A stretch of 61,209 nucleotides of DNA, filler included, from Globobulimina sp. (Eukaryota), in assembly GCA_003354225.1 (NCBI GenBank). It is 12 parts of 12 records of this genome, joined end to end, with 100 filler letters (N's around TTAATTAATTAA, not from the genome) between each part and the next. Parts side by side here need not be neighbours in the genome. Positions count along the whole stretch, not along the records: positions 20,461 to 25,469 come from PIVH01000775.1; positions 25,570 to 30,577 come from PIVH01000776.1; positions 30,678 to 35,684 come from PIVH01000777.1; positions 35,785 to 40,791 come from PIVH01000778.1; 8 more parts are not named here. The stretch is one strand, 5' to 3'. Each line of letters opens with the position of its first letter. Positions within the stretch are counted from its first letter, which is position 1. Shown here piece by piece: positions 24,209 through 36,913 of the stretch. Made by a program: the position numbers and the translations under genes. The notes under the pieces were generated by a model that searched no databases, was not told where the DNA came from, and worked only from the letters and a program-made list of their open reading frames with translations.

Positions 24209-25469
24209 TCAGTTCTGCACCGTAATAAGTGCAGTATCCATATCAACATTGGACCTGAGACTATCCAAATGTGTATACTCCGCTGCGCCATACTCATGAT
24301 TCTCCGAATCTGAATCTTCCATAGAATCACTTTTCTTATTTAATAGCCTTCGAACCTCCTCTGCCTTCATCGAACAACTATGACTGTTCCTGGTTGGATT
24401 ATGATTATCAATCGGCTCATATCCATCTTTATAAAAAGATTTTAAATGTCTCCACCGCGCAACCGATACAATACAAATCACAATCAACGCAACAAAAACG
24501 ATCCCAATTATCGTATATATATACCACGACTTTACTGCTCGCGCTGTTACATACGACGGCGGCTCCCATTTATGAAAATATAATCCTTTTAACCTCTTAC
24601 TAATCGGCACCGTCTCCGTAAACTCAACTCCATCCTCCATAGCCTGCACCGCCGCGGCTTGTACATTCTCCTCAATTCGACTGAAGCCTTTGGCCAAATG
24701 TTGAAAATATTCCTCTTCCGTTAAAAAGGAAGAAATAAACGATCCCTCCCCAGACAACTGAGGGTCTCCCACAGCTAACCTGTTCCATAAAAATGGCAAA
24801 TGTTCAGAGAAAAGTGAGTGTTCAGTGTATTGAGTCAATATATCCTTTGCATAATTCACAAGCGCCGTATTATCTGCATCCTGCTGCGATAATTGCAATA
24901 AATTGGTTCTTTCAGAGATATCATAGCTTAAATCGAATAGATATTTGTTATTTACATCCTGGGCCATAGAGATATCGTCATCTAATATCATATTCCAATC
25001 GCCATTCTTCTCCGGCACACACCAGCCGTCCTCGCGTTTATAAGTCCATTGGTCAATGATGGAATCCTGCGCAATATATTTGTACAAATGATTATCTTTT
25101 TGGAACACTATGCTTGCAGACTCCAAGCTTTTTAAACCTATCACAATGCGCGTTTTTTCAGAGTAGGAACAGATTGTAATCCAATTACATTTACATACCT
25201 ATATTGAAAACAATATGATCCCTTTTTATATTTGCATCGTCAACGCCCACACCTTCCATAATGAGGGCTTAGTGATGGCATGCAATGAGCGCGCAAAATG
25301 TAGCAATGTCTGAATATTGGAAGTATAATGCAAACAGAATTTATTTTAATTGGTACAAGGACATACGCTCTACTTTAAGGTTTGCCGTACGTATTTCTGG
25401 TTTCTTGCCATATGTGTTGTTTCAATCTCACGCAAGAACAATGGATACAATGTACATTATCAGTTAATA
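24209..25469 (-). CDS. Arylsulfatase B/I/J-like C-terminal region followed by a TM anchor, 5'-partial, intron-containing
   Basis: TLLHFA...RDHIVFNI|GL...YLFDLSYDISERTNLL...GDPQ resembles the arylsulfatase C-terminus; TM WYIYTIIGIVFVALIVICIV. Confidence 0.6.
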
Positions 25470-25569
25470 NNNNNNNNNNNNNNNNNNNNNNNNNNNNNNN
25501 NNNNNNNNNNNNNTTAATTAATTAANNNNNNNNNNNNNNNNNNNNNNNNNNNNNNNNNNNNNNNNNNNN

Positions 25570-26317
25570 TATGTTTCATAATTGTTTGAATGCATTTATT
25601 TGTGATATTTGTTGCTGATAAAAGTAATTCATCCATTTGCGGAATATATTTCTTGATTGTTCTCAGCATTAATCCCAAATATTTACCACTAATTTTCTTG
25701 TTTAATGATAAGTTCACCACTTTCAAATTCAGTGTTATATTTCCAATGTGTTTCCGGTTTCTTTGTCTTTGTCTTCTTTTAATTTCAGGTTTTTGTTTTA
25801 AGTTTTTATTTTGTTTTGACTCAATTCTTTCCTTTGCAGTTTGTCTGTGATGTTTTACAATATTTTCAAACATATTGCATAAATATAAAACATGCTCATC
25901 ATTCAAATCCAAGTTTGATAAATCAATTTGTTTCACCATTTTATATTTTTTCACTAAAATATATTCTACAAATTGCAAATTATATTCATCCATAACTGTT
26001 AATTTAAAACGATCAAAAAAACATTTCTTACTGATTATATTTCGACAAACTATCCTTTTTTGATATGCTTTCAATGAATTAAAAGTGTCAGCAAATAATA
26101 ATTCTGTCCATTCTTCTTCAGACCAATAGCCATTGAATAATGTATATTTACCGAATGACGTATATTTCTTTCGCATTCTTGCTATCAAATGCTCGAATTT
26201 GTTGCATTTCCATGTAATGAATGGCGGCAAAAATGAGGAACATAATGATTTAATGTCTATAGATGTAATCTGTGAGGAAATATTTCGGATATATCCACAT
26301 AACAACATATTATGCAA
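25570..26317 (-). CDS. Leucine-rich repeat protein, 3'-partial
   Basis: IDLSNLDLND, LKVVNLSLNKKIS, ELLLSATNITN. Confidence 0.7.
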
Positions 26318-26527
26318 GTGTTTGGCGCAAATCTTTTGAATTTATTCTATATATTTCATTTTTAAATTTTGTAGATGCGTTCATTGTGTTTCTTTTGCGA
26401 CTTCTACTGACAGTTGAAATCATTGTTAATGGAAAAAAATGTTTTTGTCAAAGAAATGCATAAATGAGCGTATCAGTATCGTGATCAAAAAAAATTTACA
26501 ACAGTCTGCAGTGATATATATAGCTCA

Positions 26528-28285
26528 TTAAGCTGTGATATTTATTTCAGACTCTGAGTCACTTTGTATATTTGTTCCATATTTACCTTCTCGTTGGTTT
26601 TCAGTACGAATATCACTCTCTGTCTTAGTACACATCGCATTCAAATTATTATCAGTGTCACTATGTATTATAAATTCATCCATTTTCAAATTAGGATTAT
26701 TATGCTCTTCATCATAGCCCTTTGTGTGTCCATCATTAATATCATCCTCATCCGTATTATTTGTACACACAGTGCCTATATCATCCGTTTCTGTGTTATC
26801 ATCATTCGGAGTAACAATTGTTGTCATTTCAATATCATCATCACTCCCAACATTTATATCAGTAATCATATTATTTATTATTAAATTATCACTAAAATGA
26901 CTAAATGTATTCACGCGTTGTAAATCCTTCCCAGTTTGTACAGATGGTAACGGTCGAACTTTTTGCATCTGACCAATATCATATTTCGCTTTCAATGATT
27001 TATTTTTTCGGTTACCAATAACTAATATAACGGCGATCCAACAAACGCAGCAAATCAATATGTATAATAAAATTACATATATTGCATCATACATATTGTC
27101 ATTTGCTGAATCTGTCATAGAATATACAGTCTCTACAGTCGTATCTTCGGTATCCACGGTCATAATACTTGTGGGTGATGCTGTTTGTCGAGGTATAATT
27201 ATTGTAATTGCCGGAGTCGTCGGGTGTTTAGTTGTTGGTGTTTTTGTTGGATTTTTTGATGGATTTTGGGTTGGATTTTGTGTTGGATTTTTTGATGGAG
27301 TTTGGGTTGGATTTTGGGTCGGATTTTGTGTTGGGATATTTGTTGGAATATGTGTTGAAATATTGGTTGGAGTGCTTGTTGGGATATTTGATGGTATATT
27401 TGTTGGGTCGTTTGAAGGGAAATTTGTCGGATTTTTCGTCTGATTTTTCGATGGAATATTTGTTGGAAACTTTGTGGGAACGTTTGTTGGATTTGATGTA
27501 AGAAGTTGAAGACTTAATTGTGTATATACATAATCACTGGTACTCACTTCACAAAATATATTGTTATTTGGTGTACCGATCCATACAAATGAAGCTCGAT
27601 AAGGCATTGATGAGTAAGCAGCACAGCCGCCCCATGATCGTAACAATGAAAACGTATTGTCTCCACCGTATGGATCATCATCGGAAGTAACTATAATAAA
27701 TTGTCCTTGGTCTGGGAGGTTGTTTAAATAATTCATAGCTTGGTTATCATCGGATGCAGCATAGTCGTACCAACAACCACTTGATGCGCAGACATCGTAT
27801 GATACACTGTCTATTAATGCACCATTGCTCGCATCCAAGACAACTATGTTATATCCGCGATAACCACTGTTTCCATGGTCCCGTCCATCATTGGCATGAT
27901 TAGCGATTAAATTCGAACCAGTATCAACTGTGATGAATGAGTAATCACCATATGGACGATTTGAGTCATCATACGATTTGGAATATATTTGTAGTGATAT
28001 CATTGATGGTATGTTGCCTGTGCCGATGCAGTGACCTGTACCATCTCCATATAATTGATTGATTTGAAATCCCTCAATGCATGTCATACAATCGTCGTTG
28101 TCACAAGCGTTAGACATGCTATGTTGACAGTATACACACAAATTCTCCACATCTTGGCATGTGGTACATCCATTGTCAGCATTACAACCAGCTATGCTTT
28201 GAGGACATGTGGGTTGCCACATTGTTCGACAAATCAATATCCATTGCGATATACATGCGACTGTAAGCATGCACTTCGATGACAT
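26528..28285 (-). CDS. Type I membrane protein: Cys-rich N-terminus, ILEI/GG (FAM3-like) domain, PT-repeat stalk, TM, acidic tail
   Basis: RGYNIVVLDASNG...SYD...YLNNLPD.G..IIVTSDDD...YRASFVWIG (ILEI pattern); PTxx repeats; one TM. Confidence 0.8.
   Translation of the reverse strand: MSSKCMLTVACISQWILICRTMWQPTCPQSIAGCNADNGCTTCQDVENLCVYCQHSMSNACDNDDCMTCIEGFQINQLYGDGTGHCIGTGNIPSMISLQIYSKSYDDSNRPYGDYSFITVDTGSNLIANHANDGRDHGNSGYRGYNIVVLDASNGALIDSVSYDVCASSGCWYDYAASDDNQAMNYLNNLPDQGQFIIVTSDDDPYGGDNTFSLLRSWGGCAAYSSMPYRASFVWIGTPNNNIFCEVSTSDYVYTQLSLQLLTSNPTNVPTKFPTNIPSKNQTKNPTNFPSNDPTNIPSNIPTSTPTNISTHIPTNIPTQNPTQNPTQTPSKNPTQNPTQNPSKNPTKTPTTKHPTTPAITIIIPRQTASPTSIMTVDTEDTTVETVYSMTDSANDNMYDAIYVILLYILICCVCWIAVILVIGNRKNKSLKAKYDIGQMQKVRPLPSVQTGKDLQRVNTFSHFSDNLIINNMITDINVGSDDDIEMTTIVTPNDDNTETDDIGTVCTNNTDEDDINDGHTKGYDEEHNNPNLKMDEFIIHSDTDNNLNAMCTKTESDIRTENQREGKYGTNIQSDSESEINITA
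27200..27495 (-). repeat. Coding 12-bp-period PT/PS repeat (PTNI/PTQN/PSKN)
   Basis: Tandem GTTGGATTTT-like units on the + strand. Confidence 0.85.
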
Positions 28286-28318
28286 TGAAGCAAAAGTTAA
28301 AAAAAAAAGTGCTTTTAA

Positions 28319-30577
28319 ATGGCTATGTCAACGCAACAACAACAAGCACCTGATCCAACTGCACATTTAGTAGGCGCGCAATTGCAGACATATCAGGTGC
28401 TTATCACCATGGGATTTACTCCAACAGAATGCGGAAGTGTAGCGCAAATATTTGGATCAAACATAGAAGCTGCAATAAATTGTATATTAAGTGGTGATGC
28501 CGCAAACTTAACACCTCCCACTAGTCCCATACAACAAATGCAACCATTTATTCCGCCAAATCCATTTGCTTCATTACTCTCAGCACATAGCACACCGCCA
28601 CCGAGTTTTTCAATCCCCAAACCACAAACAGAATGTATTCAATTTCGAAGCACTTTTATGTCACAAATATTAATGACTGGTTTTGTTCGCAGCTCGCAAG
28701 ATCGAGATATTTTGCCGACTGTTATTAAAGATATAATCATACACTATTTCAATTTATATTTTATTAAATTACATTTCAACATCAACATCAACAAAGAAGC
28801 AAAAAAGGAACAGAATGAATTGTTTTACCCAATATATGTGGTAAGAGGCAACACGACGTTAAGAAACATTGCAATCGAATTAGAAAGCAACATGGCAGGA
28901 ACTTATAAATATGATTATGATTTTTTAAAAGAGAAACTGGATTATGTTGACACTGAGCAGTATTCATATTTTGTGCATATCTGGATTGAATACAGTTATT
29001 TTAAACATATTTATCCAATCGATACTGCAAAGTTGACAGTGGATATGGCTGCCATTGATGGGTATAATGCGGAGGAAGAAGCTAAAGAATTTCAACCTAA
29101 ATTTCGATGGGTTGAAATTCCAAATGATTTTGAACCAGTTTCGATAGTGGACATTGACAGATTAATTGTGGCCGGTCGTAAGAACAAGAAACGCATTTTA
29201 CAATTAGGAATAGAAATATTTGATAATATTAACAAAGAATGGCCCTTCAGAAATAAAAATATGTTGCCGTTGCCACATGAAATAAGCGATAACAATAAAC
29301 CTAAATTAATTAAACCTGCCGCGAAGTACGCGATGATCTCAAAACGGCCGGCAATTTTAACATACCGTTCAGGTATGTTATTTTTAGTTATTTTTATGTT
29401 GTTTTTATATATTTTGATGTTTGTAGATAGATCAAGTGATAATATCAAGAACTATCCTATCCTTAGAAGGTATACACAAATCAAGAATTCCAGAACAATG
29501 ACAACAGAGACAATTAGTAATAACATAGCAGACACGGAAGCAGATCGAGTGTCAAATGCTTCCGTGGAGGCAGCGTATGGAGGCTCGCCTACTCCACCAT
29601 TCTCTGACGATGATACATCGGTTTTATCTGATTACGAACATACAAACGTTACAATGGAACAGTGGCAACAGGCAAACAATGAGATGACTGAGTTAGAAAC
29701 TGTGCAATTTTCTGATATTGAGATGTTAGAGTATGTGCTTTACTGCATTTTAAAATGTGTACACTGTAATTAAATATAATATATGCAGCGAAACTATTGG
29801 TGATCTGCTTTATGGGAATGATTCAAACAACGTAGTCTTATCAAATAATGGTAATCATAATAGGAACAACACAGTGAGCACACCACCAAACTCACCAAAG
29901 TATAAGTTACCTTTTATTTGGTTCACATATCTGTGCAAAGCACCGTATATTTGTCATACATTAATAATAGCTATAGTCAGCAAGCAAGATTGCCACAGTC
30001 AACAACGTTAACAAATATTAATGAGCAGTATGCTACATTTCCATTGACCTCACTACAGGCAACAGATAATTTTATTTATTATAGCCAATCCTTAGCACCA
30101 ATATTAATGCAAAATGAGATATTGCCACAAACAAAATCTGCAGAATTAGGTGCAAATAATCCAAAGATTCTGCACAGTAAATACAAAACACGTCACACAA
30201 CAAACACCTAATACAGGTCGACAATTTACATTGGCAGCACATCAAAATACGCATTATGATGTTAACAAAGCCGATAACGCATTACATTTCTATGCGAATT
30301 CGAATCCAACACAACGAGCATTGTCGTATGTTCAACCAAGACAACGACAATTTAAATATCCTCCAAATTCGAATGTAACATCAACGGAAATATTACGCAA
30401 TTGGATATGTGAGTGTTGTGGCACAACGAATGATAAAACATTTGTTTTCTGTGCTAAATGTTTGGTGGAAAGAGATATCGATGGAGCACAGTCATTGTCT
30501 CTGTCTTCGACACCGGAGCCTGTACCATCGTGTAATGAATGGACAAAATATTTAAAGATTGGAGATATTGTGGATGC
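28319..30577 (+). CDS. UBA + RanBP2-type zinc finger protein, multi-exon, 3'-partial
   Basis: QVLITMGF...SNIEAAINCIL (UBA); WICECCGTTN...FCAKC (zf-RanBP2). Likely introns about 29373-29426, 29731-29788, 29900-29976 and 30150-30217. Confidence 0.75.
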
Positions 30578-30677
30578 NNNNNNNNNNNNNNNNNNNNNNN
30601 NNNNNNNNNNNNNNNNNNNNNTTAATTAATTAANNNNNNNNNNNNNNNNNNNNNNNNNNNNNNNNNNNNNNNNNNNN

Positions 30678-33342
30678 CAAATTTATATTGTTTTGAAATA
30701 CTTCATTGCAAATACAAAATATTGCTAGCACAATCACTTTTGTCAAATTTTCAATGAACTTAAAAACGATCATTTTACTTTTTACCGATTCACTTTGCAA
30801 ATACGATCACTTGCTGTGCATTGCTCACCTGTTCGGCCACGTATTCATAGCACAGATTGTTCATTAATTCGTATTGTTTGAAGGGTTTTTTGAGTGTAAT
30901 GCCGGCAAAGCGCGAAATTAATGGAATGGGCCGATATGACGCGCCGAAGACAAACAAACCGCGGTTGTACTTTACGCGCAAAAAGGAGGCAATGTCGATG
31001 TAGTTTGGCATGGTGGCGGATAGTCCAATGATACGGATTAAGTTTTCAGTCTTTTCAATGTTGCGGATGGTTCGCATGACGATGGATTCCAACACACAGC
31101 CTCGCAAATCGTGCAATAAATGGATCTCGTCAATGATTACTAGTTTAACCAACGACGCGTATGAGCGGTCCATGCCTTTTCGGGTAATAATGTCCCATTT
31201 CTCCGGTGTGGTGACAATGATCGTCGTCTCTGCAATTTGTTGGTGTGACAGTTGTTGGTCTCCGGATAATTCTGCCACGCGCACATTGTAGCTCGCTAAG
31301 CGTTTGCTGAATTTTAACACAATTTCACGCACCAACGACTTCATAGGAGCTATGTATACAATTTTGAATTCGTCATTGCGTACGGTTTTGTTGTCGACAT
31401 TCAATCGAATGCCCAGTTCCCGTAAAATGCACAACATCGCCACATTGGTTTTACCAGCACCGGTTGGCGCGGATAATAATATATTTTCAGAGCTTAAAAA
31501 CGCGGTTTTATAACACGCCGATTGCACCGCATTTAATTTCGTGACTGCAAATTTCACAGTTTTCGACTTCATTTCTTCCTCACTGTCACTGGCAGCATCC
31601 TCTCCTTCTTCCTCTTCGTCGCCGTGATGTATAAAGGCAGTCTGTGCCCAAACGGGTAGCTCAGAAATGGCAATTTCGCGCGTTTGTTTTGGTGGAGTCG
31701 CAATGTGTGGCACAAATATCTCTTGATATCCTTTGTGATTATGATAAGTTGAGCCGTTCCGCAACTTCCATTCACTCGCACCCATAAAATGTCCACCTTC
31801 GCGAAACGTCAATGCGTCCAAATCCAATTTCATTTTATTGCTATGTTTCAAGTTCCATTCACGCAAATCATAGGACACATTCTTCTCATTACGACTGCTT
31901 TTCTGCTCAGATTGGATTTGCTGCGTTTTGCGTATTTCCTGCGCTTCCTTGTAGGCATTTTCCCGGAACCTTTTGATTTTTTTGTGTGTGGTGCCGTACG
32001 TTGCTTGCAAATCTTCTAAAATTTTGCATAAATAATTATTTGCAGCCATTACGGCTTCAATCTCCTTTCTCTCCGTCTCATTCTTGGCTCGCTTCAACTT
32101 CGTACACCAAACAATCACATCTTTATTTCGCAGCATTTTCTTTGTAAATTCCCAGTTTGTAAAGCCCAGAACATCCGACACCTTATTCTCCAATTTACGC
32201 TTATCTCGAATCTCTAGAATCTGCAGCAATTCATCAGCAGTCTCCTTGGCCTCATCCTGCTTCGATGGGAAGTTGTCTTTGATGGCACGTTGCAGCCAAT
32301 ACGCGTCCACTTCCTTGGGATCCACTTCCTTTTTCGTGCTTAACTCAACCACTTCGACATCGCCGCTGCCATCTCCATCTCTCATCTGTTGCGCCACCAA
32401 TTTCTTATTCCACGTTTTGTGCCTTTCTTCTTCGTGTTTCTTGATATTGGGATCTTCCACGTTCGGTTCAATGCGGTCATCGCCAGAGTCGTCTTCATTG
32501 TCACCGACCATCGACACGAAAAAAGGTTCCTCGTCTTCCTCCTCGAAGCTCTTAATGGGAACCACTGCGATATTATTATTATTGGAGTGAGCAGCACGTA
32601 CAAATTGAGAGTTGTGTGCAGATAAAAAACGTACCTCTGTTGTTTTCGCGCGCGGCCTTTTCATCCGGATCCACTCCGATGATGCCAAAGTCGTTTATTT
32701 TGCGGCAACACTTTTGCAAAAAAGATAGCTCGTTTTTATCGAAAGTAGTGAAGAGTTTAAATTGTGCGTTTAATTGATTTATTTTGGTTTGCGAGGCGGT
32801 GAATTTGTCGTTTTTGATAATGGAGATCATTTCGTGTGCGATGCTGTGCATAATGGAGGCGTTTTGCGAGGCGAACTTGTCCTCAATGAATCTGATGATG
32901 AGTTCGTAGGATTGCTTGGATTCGGTGCAGGTGGGTTTGTACGTGGTATCTACGTCGGTTTCCAGCACCGATGTGGTGTGGTCTGTGTCCATCGGCGTCC
33001 GGCTTTTGTTGGTGTCGTCTTTTTCTTTGCGCAGTGTTTTTTCTTTTGCCTTTTCGATCTCTTCTTTGGGTTTGCCATAAGCGGAACGAGCGCCCATTTG
33101 GTCTCTGAGTGTGGTTTGATCGAACTGTGTAGAATGTGAATGTGAATGGAATGGTTTAAGAGCAAGGATTATAACCTTGCACCACGTCTGTGCGTGTAAT
33201 GGAGAGTACGTACTGTTGAGAGTGTGGAGGATTCGCCAGTTGGCCCTGTTTCTCGTGGGATGCCACTGTCTAAGCGTTGGATTACTAAGTTGGCATTTGA
33301 TTGGTATTTGTATTGTTTTGTTTTTTCTAGTTCTTCTGCCAT
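30678..33342 (-). CDS. SNRNP200: U5 snRNP 200 kDa helicase Brr2, N-terminal part; introns 33125-33213 and 32565-32634
   Basis: QYKYQSNANLV, VDAYWLQR, GGHFM, SAPTGAGKTNVAML, YIAPMKSLV, TTPEKWDIITRK, DEIHLLHD, GLSATMPNY. Confidence 0.95.
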
Positions 33343-33848
33343 GGTGTATGATGTAAAGAAAACGTTTTTTTGGTATGTGTGAATAAACTTAATCTGCTTT
33401 TAGTAGCTCTTTCCACAGAGACAGTATGATGTGAAGATATTTAATAAGTGAGTTGAATAATAATTTAATAATATACTGTAATAACTACGATAAATTGAGG
33501 TCATATTATTTGGGAAATATAAAAAAAATTCAGACAAACAAAAAAATAGAGACTAAATCTTTAATAACATATTCAATCACAAGCAAACAACATATGAAAC
33601 CAAAATAGGGAGTAATAGCTTGCAAAATAAAATTTTTTTAAAAAAACATGATCAAAAGCAATAAATCTAATAAATTGAAAACAATATTAATAATGCTTCT
33701 GATCACTCATGTTTACACATTATGTATTTGTCATTATATCATATATATACACACAACAACAAAAAAGGTTTTTATATCTACACAAAACAAATAAATCTAT
33801 GGCACTGAATTAATACTTAGTTAATTGAAATATGCCTAAACAAAATAT

Positions 33849-35684
33849 TTAAAACATCCCTTTCATTTTTTTAAGACTTTTCCGTTTCCACGCCGGTTGC
33901 GCATCAAATGCATCCTTATCCATTCCAAATACACTCTGAAAATCTTCATCACTTAAAAACTTCACTTTGTCCCCGCCTTTCAATTGCTTTGCCTCTGAAA
34001 TCGATAAAAACTGCACTGCTCCCGGTTCAGTTTCCGGTTCAACATCAGCTTTAACCTCAAATTGCTCCACGACAGCTGGCTCAGTCATGCTTACTTCCAA
34101 AACACTATCATCCCACGCAGGGACTGGTGGTAATATACTGGGAACCGGCGGTGGCACTGCAACAACTTCAACCTGTTCTTCTTCCTCATACTCATACTCT
34201 TCATACTCATATTCATATTGCATATCATAGTCCTCATCAGCCACAGCCACCGCCGCATAATTATCTGTTTCAGGCACCCTTGGATCATCAGTGGCAGCTG
34301 CTGCCTGTGGTAGTGCCACAGCACCGTCTTTATCATCTATCATGCCACTACCAAACGCCATTAATTCGTCATCATTAAAATCAACTGGAGAGGTCTGTAT
34401 TGGCTGAGCTTCCGGCGACGGAGATGGGTCAGCTGCAATAATATGTGCCTGGATTGGACTCCCTTCCACTACATATTCACACAAAATATTAGTGTTTATA
34501 CATTGGTGGACATACAACATAACTTATACCATCACCGGTAATCGCAGTATCAAACGGAACCACTCCTTTCGCTCTTCGTTCTGACGCAGGAATGATAAAC
34601 ATTTCACTTTGTTTAATACCAGTACTCATACCCATCATTGAGGCCTTCCGCGAACTTTTCTTCTTTTTCATCAAACAAAATATGAGCAAGCCAATGATAA
34701 TAAGTACAAGTGAGGAAATGATGACATATAAAATCCAATCAACTGATCCAGAGTCCTGTACTTGCGCTGCTTCATTATCATCGTCATTGTCTTCTGCTGT
34801 TGTGGTAAAGTATGCCAATAAAGTAAACTCTGAGGAACTCGCTCCAGTATTAAAGCCAAAATTATCCAAACCACGTTTCAAATTACTTTCAATCGAACCA
34901 TTATCGCCTTCGGCGGTAAAATGAGCGTTATATATATCACCATCTTGTTCTCCAATCAAAATTGTAATTTGTACATTGGCAGTACCATCTCCATTATCTG
35001 TAATGACCGTTGTTATATCGATATTTTCCTGCTCCTCCACCAAACCGCCCCATTGAGTCTCAACCTGCGTTTGTATCACAGTGCTCATTAAAGCTTCATC
35101 GAAAGCATCAGCGGCTGCATTCGTGCTACTTCCATACGTAAACTCAATGACCACTACGGCCTGTACTTGATATCGGCATCGGGAGTTTCTGCATTGATGC
35201 CATGGGAACCTCGTAGGTGGTCTGGTGGGTGGGGCGTTGGTTGGATTTTGTGTGGACTGCGTCTGTGATTGTGTGGTATCCGTGGATGGAGCGGGTGTAT
35301 TGTTTTGAGTGCGGGTAGGGGGTGGAATGGTGCTTGGATTTTGAGATGGTGATGGCGTTGGGTTTGAGGATGGATTTTGTGAAGGTGAGGGAGATGGATT
35401 TCGAGATGGTGAACGAGTGTCGCCTGGTCTGGAGGGTGCGGACGTTATCGGACTGTCGGTTGGTAAATGGGTTGGGGATTTTGTGGGTGATGATGATGGG
35501 AATGGAGTTGGTGAGGTGGTGGGATATTTTGATGGCGATTTTGTGGGTGTTTTTGAAGGGTTATTTGTTGGTGATTTTGTGGGTGATGCGGTGGGTTTGT
35601 CAGTGGGAGAGATAGTTGGTGGAGTTGAAGGTGATGGCGTTGGACTTGGATTTGTTGGTGCTTTCGTAGGTGTTGCTGTGTATT
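33849..35684 (-). CDS. Single-pass mucin-like membrane protein with a C-terminal villin headpiece, 5'-partial; intron 34469-34529
   Basis: Open frame of PT/PS repeats from the contig edge, a globular juxtamembrane region, [24 protein letters not shown] followed by KKKK, an acidic Pro-rich tail, then [35 protein letters not shown]. Confidence 0.85.
35210..35684 (-). repeat. Coding P-T/S mucin-like repeat
   Basis: PTKSPT / PSKTPT / PSPSPS repeats. Confidence 0.85.
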
Positions 35685-35966
35685 NNNNNNNNNNNNNNNN
35701 NNNNNNNNNNNNNNNNNNNNNNNNNNNNTTAATTAATTAANNNNNNNNNNNNNNNNNNNNNNNNNNNNNNNNNNNNNNNNNNNNAAAAAAAATTCATGAC
35801 AAATATTCTAAATCCAATGCAAATACCATACAAAAAGAATGTTATGACAAAGAAGAAACGCCATGACAAAGAAAAAAAGTGACAACAAAGCCTTTGTCAT
35901 AACCAACCAACATTTGAAAACCCTGCAAAATTGAAAAATAAAATAAATAATTAAATATCAATCACA

Positions 35967-36740
35967 TTATGGATTTGCTTGGATAAACGCAAACATCCTA
36001 CACCAAGGTTTGTGCGCAAAGTTCCAATTTTCAATTTGACAGTCTTTGCTGCAATAAAACACTGTCATACACCCCGTGCACTTCAAACGTTTCCGGACAA
36101 ATCGAACCTGACAATTGGAACATTTCATAGCTTCCACAGTCTTGGACTCCTTCAAATAATGTGCATACAATTTTGATTTGAGCGCTAACGATTTGATGAC
36201 ATTTTGTTCTGTGATATGAAACCTTTTCAAATGATTGTCCAAAATCATGGAGGCACTGAATTGTGCCACATTTAATACCGCCTCGTTGCGGCAATTGGGG
36301 CATTTCCATATGGTTCTATTTGCTTCGTCATAGGAAGCATTTAAAACGCTTTTGAGTATGCAGATAACGCAGGCTTTGAAACCGCATCTACCGCAGCTGG
36401 AACATCCTATTTTGTTGGACTTTGGGAATGAACACGTCGTCATTTGCAAGCAACATATGGGGCAATCGAGCAGCTCGGATGAATCTAACCATTTTTCTAA
36501 CAGCACTTTGGTGCAATTATTGGGATAAATGTCGTAGATCTTTTGTTTGAAAGAGAGGGTTCCAATGTATCTGTCTTCTGACATTTTGGGCCCTGCGTAT
36601 TTTTTGGGAATGTAAAAGACAGTGTTCCTTGGCTTTTCGGCGTCAGTTGGATAACGATGTAATTCTTGGAACTCATAGTTGAGAGCGGTTAAGACTTTTT
36701 TGATTTCTTCGATTGAATTTAATGTTGGCAACGAAGCCAT
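35967..36740 (-). CDS. RING-like Cys-rich finger + MYND zinc finger protein
   Basis: CPIC...CGRCGFKACVIC...WKCPNCR and CSNC...CTGCMTVFYCSKDCQIENWNFAHKPWC. Confidence 0.85.
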   Translation of the reverse strand: MASLPTLNSIEEIKKVLTALNYEFQELHRYPTDAEKPRNTVFYIPKKYAGPKMSEDRYIGTLSFKQKIYDIYPNNCTKVLLEKWLDSSELLDCPICCLQMTTCSFPKSNKIGCSSCGRCGFKACVICILKSVLNASYDEANRTIWKCPNCRNEAVLNVAQFSASMILDNHLKRFHITEQNVIKSLALKSKLYAHYLKESKTVEAMKCSNCQVRFVRKRLKCTGCMTVFYCSKDCQIENWNFAHKPWCRMFAFIQANP

Positions 36741-36913
36741 GGTTTAAGTTTGCAATTTGAAATTTAAGTTTTGATTTTCAGAAAAAAAACTGTAAGACTT
36801 AACGTAGCTGCCAGTGCTGTACGTGCAATATAAGGATGCGGCGAATTGTTATTTAGCAATTTCGCATTGGATTCATAGCAGCCACCACAATGCGCACAAG
36901 TTGTATGTATTAA

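Noticed and set aside
30678-30800. Brr2 apparently ending at QVIVFAK* as a truncated helicase
   Set aside because: The stop is about 110 nt from the contig end and GT donors precede it, so an intron or contig-end artefact is more likely.
27060-35684. Val/Gly-rich + strand ORFs (27060-27501, 35322-35740) and the 12-bp periodicity as genes or a CRISPR array
   Set aside because: They are antisense shadows of the PT-repeat coding regions, with no repeat-spacer structure.
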